This document shows, piece by piece, positions 57,101-64,000 of a stretch of 64,000 bases of DNA. Both the position numbers and the translations under genes were made by a program. Every line of letters starts with the position of its first letter. The first letter of the stretch is position 1. The notes beneath the pieces are model-generated. The model did not search any database, had not been told where the DNA came from, and saw only the letters and a list, made by a program, of their open reading frames with translations. Origin of the DNA: an uncultured Bacteroidota bacterium (GTDB lineage Bacteria; Bacteroidota; Bacteroidia; Bacteroidales; WCHB1-69); contig OW818690.1 in assembly GCA_942493315.1 (NCBI GenBank), positions 2,311,275 through 2,375,274 on the forward strand, read 5' to 3'.

Positions 57101-58783
57101 ATTGCTTTTAAAATTCAACATCAGGGATCTCAGGTTTCTTACGCCTATATGGATAATTTGACGGTTGACTATATCCCAACATGTCCAAAACCAATCGATC
57201 TGATTGCTTCTAATACAACTCAAAATTCTGTTAATCTTACCTGGACGGAAGTTGGAACTGCAACAACCTGGAAAGTTGAATTTGGTCCATCAGGTTTTAC
57301 TCCAGGAACAGGAACTTCGATTATCACCACTACTAATCAATTAGCTTTAAATGCTTTGATAGCATCAACCTGTTATGATTTTTATGTTCAATCTATGTGT
57401 GGTGCGACAGATTCGAGTATTTGGTCAGTGAAAGGTTTGTTCTGTACCAATCAAATTCCTGCAGTAGTTCCTGTAAATATTGACTTTGAATCTCCTTCAG
57501 GGATAACCTTAGTAAACAATCCTGCCGGAAATAATTGGTATATAGGAACAGATACAGCTCATACAGTCAATAATACTACAGGTGGTCAAAATGCACTATA
57601 TATTTCTAATGATAATGGCTCAACAAATGCTTATACTATCGCAAATTCTGCTGCAGTTGTCTGGGCATTCAGAGACATCTACTTTACCCCAAGTACAACC
57701 GATTATACCTTAACATTTGACTGGAAACTATATGGAGAAACTGATGACTGGGATTACATGAATGTCTATTCCGGTCCATTAAATACGCCAACTCCATTGT
57801 ATCTCTCCTATAATATCATTCCTCCTATCGGTTCAGATACTTTGGCAAGCTATATCAATTTACAATCTACATTCCAGACTAAAACGATAACATTACCGGT
57901 TGCTCAGTATAGTGGTCAAACAAAGAGAATCTTTTTCTGTTGGAGAAATGACAGTGCAGACGGAACACAACCACCTGCAGCTGTAGATAATATTTCCGTA
58001 ACAACTACCGGAATTATAAATTGTAATACACCAACAGGTGTTACTGTTACCAATGTAACTAATAATTCTGCAACCGTATCATGGACACCGGGAGGTTCTG
58101 AAACAGCATGGCAAGTTGAGTATAAATTGATCACATCTCCTAACTGGACAGTGCCGGCTTCAGTTTCTACTCCTACATACGATATTCAAGGATTGCAAAA
58201 CAATTCAACGTATGAAGTCAGAGTGAAAGCATTATGCAATCCGGGTGAAAGTCCCTATTCAACACCAGTTCAGTTTACAACATCCGGTGGAACTACAACG
58301 TATAACATAAATGCCACTGCAGCCGGTCCCGGAACCATAACTCCTTCTGGCATTGTGACCGTATTATCTGGGGCAAATCAACTATTTACTTTTACACCTA
58401 ATGCCAACTGTGAAGTATCAACATTATCCATTAATGGAGTCAATTTCCCTAATCCATCTTTAAGTTACACTTTCTCAAATGTTACTTCTAATCAAACTAT
58501 TCATGTTGAGTTTGGATACGTTGGCATTGAAACCAATCCATTATCACAATTAGTGGAATTGTATCCGAATCCAACACAGTCAACTATAGAAATTCGGATA
58601 GATGAAACGAAACTTCAGGTGAAAGAGTGTAAAGTATTCGATATTTATGGAAAACTACTAAAGATAGTGCCAGTAAGTAGTGATCATACCCAAATTGATG
58701 TATCTGATTTTGCTAACGGCGTTTATGTAATTCGTTTAGATAGTGAAATGGGAACCATCACTAAGAAGTTTGTTAAGAAATAG
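51197..58783 (+). CDS. Giant modular T9SS cargo protein 2 (paralog of gene 1)
   Basis: 2528 aa. The probable start is MKKILFF at 51206, followed by a signal peptide. It has the same FN3 and adhesin-like module alternation, with a regular period of about 0.76 kb from 52619 to 57184. The CTD is almost identical to that of gene 1. Confidence 0.9.
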   Translation: MIKMKKILFFVVIFLISGITSWAQNSIGNDIHISDPSPVSSSCLPVTQFPWFEGFESPTTWPAAEAPGNAIAPPCWLNFNGGSTTTTYLWRRTSGTAAYIRTGSGAAQHYTSATAVTNDYLITPIITLTGNERLRFYAKGYSTYVDHIRVAIYDINQAGQDISSMNDTTLFTTIIPHTFVPVTDWNEFIVNLNGYIGNFRIAFIRDIVGGYYLNLDDITIETIPTCPQPISSSFVLDTNSVTINWIPANLSQTSFYLYYKLSTATNYDSVVVNATTHTLQNLSPGTTYNYYIKADCGIEFSATTPVKTFKTLCSVITSLPVSDSFDTYGTGTTTYPTCWMRLGTNAGNPYISTTNASSPGSLYFNVAYAYGYSVAISPKIDASIPINTIKASLKLRATGPDDTLYVGVMSDPYQISTFEQVGFLTVNTTGVFEDKEFFFSNYTGTAQYIAVKAAYSATSSTLYVDNVTLSIIPSCSNPTALTASNIFYNQINLGWLENGTATTWNVEYGPTGFAHGSGTLLTGVITNPVQISNLTPQTTYQFYVQADCGGTLSPWSNPLSVTTACLSLTTIPYSESFDTYGTGTGTYPTCWTKLSMVATYPYINSTNFSSPGSLYLYNSASGNYNYAILPAFDATIPVNTLQMSFKFRASGTDDTLYVGVMSDPSNLTTFSVVSTYTVPVTATFYDINTFFGSYTGTGANIAFKSSYGSSSSTIYIDNVVVSAMPTCPAPSNLAATNVTATDLNIQWTENGYATTWNIEYGLTGFTPGTGTMLTGVSTNPVSITNLTAQTQYQFYIQSDCGGGTTSLWTTPMTVTTACSEITTVPWTDFFDTYGTGSTVFPPCWTRNTTYADRPYVNSTAYAGAGSLYFYAGTAGTYNIAATPIFSAQIPLNTLMASFKYRTTNSTDTLYVGVMTDPAVASTFETIAVLLNNATTTWEDEMVFFTNYTGTGRYIAFKIENNGNSDYAYIDNLTIETAPACILPTQLSVSNVTSGSLNLNWVELGTSTSWNIEYGPVGFIQGTGTLLSNVNTNPYNITGLYPQTAYQFYVQSNCGTETSAWSAPFIAMTDCGIITQLPYTESFDLYGTGTSTFPTCWTKVGNLTTYPSISTVNNSAPGSLYLYCSSSGYYNYAITPQFDVSIPINTLRMEFKMRATGTDDTLYVGVISSPTDTSTFELITQITVPVTAVFDDYGINFNSYTGTGQYLAFKTKYGVSSAAIYIDNLQVIPIPNCARPIDLGVNNVTDISAELFWTEDGTATTWKVEYGPTGFIPGTGTMINGLTDTTVLITGLTAQTTYQFYAYADCGGGNISLASNVFSFTTLCAPLLTIPFNDSFDTYPTGSAYFPTCWRKLSSYVPNSYPYLSTTNFSSPASMYLYSGTAGSYNIVIAPSFDGTIPITTLKASFKFRASALDDTLYVGVISNINDPGSFVAIQKINATVTSTWQDAEVFFSIYTGSGLNIAFKNAYSTNSSTIYVDNVLIDLIPSCPKPTSLNATAIQTNTLTLGFTENGSATTWNIEYGPVGFLPGTGTGTLISGINTNPYNITGLLPQTTYQFYVQAVCSASDYSLWSNPITIMTACSEISTLPLIENFDTYNTGTGTFPTCWNKLSSSTTYPYISTTNFSTPGSLYLYASSSGGYCYAITPRFDNTLPINNLMIEFKLRNSAVDDTLYVGVMSDPTNQNSFELVSKFIPTATATWQDFELYFNNYTGTGNYIALKSVYTTNTTTLYIDNLKISTIPTCPKPTQLAVSNPTPNGVTLNWTENGTATNWKIEYGPTGFVLGTGTIITSVTTNPYIISGLQPQTAYDFYVKSNCGIGDESFWSNGITYTTPCSSITTIPWTDFFDTYGTGTTVFPPCWTRNTTYANRPYIRDIFFSGIGSMYFYAGTAGTYNIAATPMFDPSIPMNSLTATFKYRTYYLTDTMYVGVMTDPTDASTFVLVHKFGAPTTGTFYDREVQFTNYIGTGHYIAFKIQHQGSQVSYAYMDNLTVDYIPTCPKPIDLIASNTTQNSVNLTWTEVGTATTWKVEFGPSGFTPGTGTSIITTTNQLALNALIASTCYDFYVQSMCGATDSSIWSVKGLFCTNQIPAVVPVNIDFESPSGITLVNNPAGNNWYIGTDTAHTVNNTTGGQNALYISNDNGSTNAYTIANSAAVVWAFRDIYFTPSTTDYTLTFDWKLYGETDDWDYMNVYSGPLNTPTPLYLSYNIIPPIGSDTLASYINLQSTFQTKTITLPVAQYSGQTKRIFFCWRNDSADGTQPPAAVDNISVTTTGIINCNTPTGVTVTNVTNNSATVSWTPGGSETAWQVEYKLITSPNWTVPASVSTPTYDIQGLQNNSTYEVRVKALCNPGESPYSTPVQFTTSGGTTTYNINATAAGPGTITPSGIVTVLSGANQLFTFTPNANCEVSTLSINGVNFPNPSLSYTFSNVTSNQTIHVEFGYVGIETNPLSQLVELYPNPTQSTIEIRIDETKLQVKECKVFDIYGKLLKIVPVSSDHTQIDVSDFANGVYVIRLDSEMGTITKKFVKK

Positions 58784-58810
58784 TCTTTTTAACAATACTT
58801 AATTTTATTC

Positions 58811-58840
58811 AAAAAGGTCGGAGCAATCCGGCCTTTTTTT
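58811..58840 (+). terminator. Rho-independent terminator of giant gene 2
   Basis: The hairpin GGTCGGAgcaaTCCGGCC is identical to that at 50688-50705 and is followed by T7. Confidence 0.8.
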
Positions 58841-58970
58841 GTTTTTGGGTATTGGGTTTTAGGTTTTGGTTATTAACCCTTCGCCTTTTACCTTTAGCCC
58901 TTCGCCCTTCGCCCTTCGCCCTAATAGAACGCAGATGACGCAGATAAAACAGATAATCAAATTCTGTGTA
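58841..58970. repeat. Partial composite repeat, homologous to 50714-50882
   Basis: Reads gtttttgggtattgggttttaggttttggttattaaccctt, then ccttcgc words, gccctaat, and gcagatgacgcagataaaacagat words. Confidence 0.8.
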
Positions 58971-59338
58971 ATAAATTTATATTTCCTTTGTATTTCTTTA
59001 TTTGACATCAGTCCATAATTCTCTATTAACTTTAAAAAATATAAAACCAAAAATCTAATATCAATTTGTTAATAAATGTTAATTTGATTTAAGAAATAAA
59101 AATTTTAAAAACTTGAATTTTAGTGTATTATTGCAGTTTTTTTGAAAAAACATGCAAAAATTGAACATTTTTGTCGAAAATATTTTAACAGTTGTATTTT
59201 CGTGTTTAAAAATGCGTATATTTGTACTCTTAATTTATAAACATTTTATTGTTGAAAATAATGTTTGTAAATGGGACAAAATATGAACATGAAACACAAC
59301 CAAAACCAATTAATTAATTATTAACCAAAATTAGTATT

Positions 59339-62300
59339 ATGAAAAAAATTCTACTATTTTTTGCATTAGTATTATTCTCCTTAGGGAATTTGCTTAATGC
59401 CCAATCAACGTATGTTGTGGCCAATGGTACTGCTACAAACACGTATCTACCTGTTTATGGTACGTGGATGGACGAAAACCAACATGACCAATTTATTTAC
59501 CCTATGACTGAAGTAGGCCCAATATCTGGTGGAACAATCTCAAAGATTACCTTCCACTCAAGTGTTGCTACTACAAACAGTGCATGGGGTACTGCAACTT
59601 GTATTGTAAAATTAGGCGTTCCTCTGGAATCTAATTATGCTTCAGCATCATACAATACAACGACTCTAACTCAGGTTTATTCCGGTCCCATTTCAGTTGT
59701 AAATGGAATTATGGAATTTACTTTAACGACTCCATTTACTTTTCCTGGGGGTAATCTATTGGTTGATATCACTACAACAACCTCAGCCGCTTATTCGTCT
59801 GTAACTTTTAGTGGTATAACTGCCACAAATGGTGGTATGTATCAATATGATACTTATGCTCCTGTTCTTCAACAATTTTTACCTAAAATGACTGTTGAAT
59901 ATACAGGAGGTTCACCTACTGTTATAACTGCTTCTGCGTCTGATATTTATGCAACTTCTGCTACCTTAAATGGTGCATTTTATAACTTGACACCAGTTAC
60001 TGCCGGTTTCCAATACATGGATGCTGCTTTAACTGATTGGACATCAGCAACTACTGTGAATGAAACTACATTAACAACTCCAATTTCTGAAATAGCCACT
60101 CCATTATTCCCAACAACACTATATAAATATAGAGCGTTTGCAGTCGATAGTGCTTCTGCTACAACCGTTTATGGTGGTGAAGTAACCTTTACAACTTTAT
60201 CCTTACCTGCTCAATTACCTTATGCTTGTGATTTTGAAAATCCAACAGAAAATGCACAATGGACATTGATCAATGGTACTCAAACCAATCAATTCTATAT
60301 TGGGGATGCCTCTCTAAATCCTGCCATTAATAATACTCTTGGTGGATATAATGCACTTTATATCTCTAATGATGGTGGCTATACCTGGGCCTATTCCGGT
60401 ACCGGTTCTACTACCAATTCCTGGGTGTATGCATACAGAGATTTTGAAGTTCCTGCCGGTGTAAATGAGTTAAAACTTGATTTTGACTGGATCGCTAACG
60501 GTGGTGTGGCTGCAAGTGAATTTTTAAGAGTTTACTGGATGCCTGTAAGTATTCCCGTTGTAGCAGGAAGTATTCCCCCAACTATTAGTTCTGTGAATTA
60601 TGACTTAGCTGCTATGATCGGTAACTATACCAATGGATATGGTTCACACTGGTTAAGCAGACAAACTACATGGCAACATGCGCAATTCACTATTAATTCT
60701 ACACAGTATCCTACCCTAGCAGGAAATACTTGGAGATTATATGTCCATTGGAGAAATAATCAAACTTCTGCAGTTCAACCACCTGCAACTTTTGACAATA
60801 TGACTTTGATGGTTTCCAATTGTCCTACACCAAGAATTGATTCAGTAACCAATGCTACTGCTTCATCTCTTGATGTTTACTTTACTGAAATGGGAACTGC
60901 AACAACTTGGAATATTCAATACAAACCTATAACTTCTTCAACTTGGACAACTGTTCAGGCAACTACTAATCCTACTACTATTCCAGGACTTAATGGTTCA
61001 ACTTCTTATCAGTTTCAAATTCAAGCCGATTGCGGAACGGAACAAAGTGCTTATTCTCCAATCATTGCAAAAGCAACTGCTTGTGGAACTATAACACAAT
61101 TCCCATGGGGTGAAGGTTTTGAATATCCTAATGCTGCATGGCCTGCAGCTGTTGCTCCCGGAAATGCGTTAGCACCTGCCTGTTGGTTAAATATTAACGG
61201 ACAAAGTACAACCGGTCTTTGGAGAAGAACAACTACCACTTCGTATATTAGAACCGGTATAGCTGCTGCTCAACAATATAGTGGTGGTACTACTACTTTA
61301 AACAGCGATTATTTAATTACTCCTCCAATTTCATTAACCGGAAACCAAAGAATACGTTTCTGGGCTAAAGGGTATTCCACTAGTTATACTGAAAAATTTA
61401 AAGTTGCTATTTATGATATTACAACCAATGGTCACGATGTACAAGCTGCAACTGATACAACCTTATTTGTTGATATCATGCCTACAACAACTGCAAATAA
61501 CTCGACATGGGTTGAATATGAAATATTCTTAAATCAGTTTGTAGGAGATTATCGTATTGCATTTATTAGAAATACATTACAAGGATATTACTTAAATTTG
61601 GATGATATTTCAATTACTGAAATGCCAACTTGTATTCGACCAACCAATGTATCTTCTTCTAATATAACTCCTTATGATGCTACAATTCAATGGACATCGG
61701 TTGATCCTAATGCTTCTGCTTGGTTTATCTATTATAAACCTACTGCTTCTGCTACTTGGGATTCTGTTCAAGTTTATTCTACTCCTCATCTTTTGGATAA
61801 CTTGACTCCTTCAACAAATTATCAGTATTATATGAAAACCAATTGTGGAACTGAACTTTCTGAAGCTACTTCAACCTATACATTTACAACCCTATGTATT
61901 CCTGTAGTAACACTTCCTTGGAATGATGGATTTGAATCAATTTCCGCTGCAAACCAATTACCAGCTTGTTGGGCTTCTACTAATTTAGGAACTTATACAT
62001 ATACCCAAATTACCAACTATAATTCCTATAACAGAAATGCAAGAACCGGTTCACGTGCAGCTTATTTTAGATATGGTTGTAATGACAGATTCTTTACACC
62101 AGCATTCCAATTAACAGCAGGTGTAGCCTACCAATTCACTTATTGGTATGTAACCGATGGTTTAGGTGGTTGGACTACTCTTCAAGCTGGAGCCTACTCT
62201 GCTCAAAATGCAGGTAGTTTAGTTCAAACTATAAATACAATCAGCTTACCTACAAATGGCACATATCAAGAAGCACTTGGTTATTTTACTCCAACTACTG

Positions 62301-64000
62301 ATGGGGTTTATCATTTCGGAATTTATTGTAACTCAACCTCTTCTCCATGGTATTTAACTATTGATGATATTAACGTTGATTTAGCTCCAAACTGTTTACC
62401 AGCTCAAAACTTAGCTGTTTCCAATATTGCAGGGACTTCAGCTTTTGCAACCTGGACTCCAACCGGAACTCCAGATTATTTTACTGTTGCTGTATCTCCT
62501 GCAGGTCAAGGTACTTGGACTACATATACCACAACTAATACACAATACATTTTAACCGGTTTATCCGAATTAACTGCTTATGATGTTCAGATTTATCCAA
62601 GTTGTTCAGGTGTTGATGGTCCAGCTGATACTGTATCCTTTACAACTGTTTGTGCAGCCGGTGGTGATTTAATATTGGGAGATCCTCAATCCACTCTTTC
62701 TACTAATGGAGAGTATTTACCAACTCAAACTTATTATAGATATTCTTATACTCAACAGATTTTAGATGCAGCGGAATTAGTTGGAGTTGATACAATCCAT
62801 AATATAGCTTTTCAATATTTTTACACTTCCTCTGAATCAAGAAATATTAAAGTATTTATGGGGAATACCTCTCAATCAACTTTTGGAGCTATTTCTAATT
62901 ATATTCCTTTAGATTCTTTAACTTTGGTATTTCAAGGTTCTGTACCTTTCACTAATGTAGGTGTTAATAATTGGGTTGATATCAATTTGGATATTCCATT
63001 TGATTATGATAATATCAACAATTTAGTAATTGCTGTTTGCGATACAACTGGAACATATACTTATAGTGGTGCTAAATTTAGAACTCATCAAACTACCGGT
63101 AATAAATCTGTTTATTTTTATCATGATACTGCACCAATAAATTTAGTAACTCCTTCTGCAACTTATACAGGTGTTTTAAATTATAGAAGCAATATTAAAA
63201 TTAGTCTACCATGTGAAACTGTTTCTTGTTATCAACCAAACGTTATTGTTAACAATGTGACTTCTGGATCTGCTGACTTCTTAATTGTCCCCGGTGGTTC
63301 TGAAACATCATGGGAAGCTGAATATAAAACTGCAGCTGCAACATCATGGACTTCATTAGGTACTGTTACTGCATCTCCATACTCTCTTCCTGGATTATTG
63401 TCAAATACCACCTATCAGGTTAGATTCAGATCTGTATGTAGTGTATCTGATATGAGTACCTGGAAAATGGTTTCATTTACTACTTTATGTGGAACTATCA
63501 TTCAGTTACCATTTATCGAAACTTTTGATACTTATGGTCAAGGGACAAACATTTATCCTACATGTTGGGTAAGAAATTCAACCGCTGGTACATATCCTTA
63601 TATAACTACAACTTATCCGATTTCAAATCCATACTCCATGTACTTCTATTCTTCATCTACTACTCAATCTACCATTGTTTTACCTAAAGTTGATCCTTCT
63701 ATTGCCATGAATACTTTACAATTAACATTCTGGGCAAGAGTTAGTACAGCCGGGAATGGTCTTCAAGTGGGTATTATGACTAATCCTTATGATGCTAATA
63801 CATTTACCTTAATTGGAACTGCTAATCCTGCATCTTTGAATGCTTATGAAGAATTATCCGTTTCATTTGCAAACTATACTGATACCGGTCGTTATGTAGC
63901 CATTAGATCTGATCTATCTGCATTTTCTTTATCTAATAATGCTTATGTTGATAATCTTTCACTAGGATTAATTCCAACTTGTGTAAAACCAACCAATATC
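59339..64000 (+). CDS. Giant modular T9SS-cargo-like protein 3, 5' 1554 codons (runs off the window end; not in the ORF track)
   Basis: ATG at 59339, then MKKILLFFALVLFSLGNLLNAQS (signal peptide). I read the frame open to position 64000, which is exactly 1554 codons. It contains the same FN3 units (CPTPRIDSVTN.., CIRPTNVSS.., CLPAQNLAVSN.., CYQPNVIVNN..) and C..IT.[FL]PW.EGFE modules as genes 1 and 2, plus domains unique to this copy. Confidence 0.85.
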   Translation, partial: MKKILLFFALVLFSLGNLLNAQSTYVVANGTATNTYLPVYGTWMDENQHDQFIYPMTEVGPISGGTISKITFHSSVATTNSAWGTATCIVKLGVPLESNYASASYNTTTLTQVYSGPISVVNGIMEFTLTTPFTFPGGNLLVDITTTTSAAYSSVTFSGITATNGGMYQYDTYAPVLQQFLPKMTVEYTGGSPTVITASASDIYATSATLNGAFYNLTPVTAGFQYMDAALTDWTSATTVNETTLTTPISEIATPLFPTTLYKYRAFAVDSASATTVYGGEVTFTTLSLPAQLPYACDFENPTENAQWTLINGTQTNQFYIGDASLNPAINNTLGGYNALYISNDGGYTWAYSGTGSTTNSWVYAYRDFEVPAGVNELKLDFDWIANGGVAASEFLRVYWMPVSIPVVAGSIPPTISSVNYDLAAMIGNYTNGYGSHWLSRQTTWQHAQFTINSTQYPTLAGNTWRLYVHWRNNQTSAVQPPATFDNMTLMVSNCPTPRIDSVTNATASSLDVYFTEMGTATTWNIQYKPITSSTWTTVQATTNPTTIPGLNGSTSYQFQIQADCGTEQSAYSPIIAKATACGTITQFPWGEGFEYPNAAWPAAVAPGNALAPACWLNINGQSTTGLWRRTTTTSYIRTGIAAAQQYSGGTTTLNSDYLITPPISLTGNQRIRFWAKGYSTSYTEKFKVAIYDITTNGHDVQAATDTTLFVDIMPTTTANNSTWVEYEIFLNQFVGDYRIAFIRNTLQGYYLNLDDISITEMPTCIRPTNVSSSNITPYDATIQWTSVDPNASAWFIYYKPTASATWDSVQVYSTPHLLDNLTPSTNYQYYMKTNCGTELSEATSTYTFTTLCIPVVTLPWNDGFESISAANQLPACWASTNLGTYTYTQITNYNSYNRNARTGSRAAYFRYGCNDRFFTPAFQLTAGVAYQFTYWYVTDGLGGWTTLQAGAYSAQNAGSLVQTINTISLPTNGTYQEALGYFTPTTDGVYHFGIYCNSTSSPWYLTIDDINVDLAPNCLPAQNLAVSNIAGTSAFATWTPTGTPDYFTVAVSPAGQGTWTTYTTTNTQYILTGLSELTAYDVQIYPSCSGVDGPADTVSFTTVCAAGGDLILGDPQSTLSTNGEYLPTQTYYRYSYTQQILDAAELVGVDTIHNIAFQYFYTSSESRNIKVFMGNTSQSTFGAISNYIPLDSLTLVFQGSVPFTNVGVNNWVDINLDIPFDYDNINNLVIAVCDTTGTYTYSGAKFRTHQTTGNKSVYFYHDTAPINLVTPSATYTGVLNYRSNIKISLPCETVSCYQPNVIVNNVTSGSADFLIVPGGSETSWEAEYKTAAATSWTSLGTVTASPYSLPGLLSNTTYQVRFRSVCSVSDMSTWKMVSFTTLCGTIIQLPFIETFDTYGQGTNIYPTCWVRNSTAGTYPYITTTYPISNPYSMYFYSSSTTQSTIVLPKVDPSIAMNTLQLTFWARVSTAGNGLQVGIMTNPYDANTFTLIGTANPASLNAYEELSVSFANYTDTGRYVAIRSDLSAFSLSNNAYVDNLSLGLIPTCVKPTNI

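Noticed and set aside
58859-59050. 63-aa minus-strand ORF downstream of giant gene 2
   Set aside because: It is a translation of the cctt(c/t)gcc microsatellite and cacagat words (..GRRAKGEGLKVKGEGL..). It is repeat-derived.
41684-59073. TTAACAA / TTGTTAA words upstream of all three giant genes (41684 and 41704; 51018 and 51028; 59067) as a shared regulator site
   Set aside because: The 7-mer is AT-rich. Its spacing and orientation differ among the three regions (20 bp direct, 10 bp direct, inverted). Chance occurrence in ~300-bp AT-rich spacers is plausible, so the evidence is too weak without genome-wide enrichment statistics.

Overview
Visibly AT-rich chromosomal segment of Bacteroidota type, judged from T9SS C-terminal sorting domains, TAnnTTTG -7 promoter boxes and gene content. 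All calls come from reading the sequence and ORF translations; no database search was possible.

Layout, left to right:
1. atpG (partial), atpA and atpH on the minus strand, with a divergent TrmH-family methyltransferase.
2. A composite repeat with a GC-rich core.
3. A three-gene cassette: DRE-TIM aldolase fusion, TPP enzyme and a decayed HAD phosphatase.
4. A ~7 kb minus-strand island (7.3-14.4 kb) of orphan Rhs-core fragments. It holds one intact Rhs-core plus toxin tip and unrelated small secreted, lipoprotein and membrane ORFs. An IS4-family element with a 7-bp TSD splits one of these genes.
5. A 53-bp tandem array and a second composite repeat.
6. A housekeeping block: ybaN, fcl, gmd, hisS, the GH57/glycosyltransferase/debranching glycogen cluster, a metallophosphatase, yfcC and pnuC.
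7. An IS256-family element with an 8-bp TSD inside a microsatellite.
8. A mutS-like gene and pgi.
9. A T9SS cargo operon: C10 protease with CUB domains, a 1260-aa SBBP/PKD protein with a type-B CTD, a lipoprotein and an outer-membrane-like protein.
10. recR.
11. More than 22 kb filled by three tandem giant paralogous T9SS cargo genes (2924 aa, 2528 aa, and over 1554 aa running off the window; the third is missing from the ORF track).

The most unusual content is the giant modular gene array, the self-promoted Rhs orphan cassettes, and a family of mosaic word-like intergenic repeats with a conserved GC-rich core.
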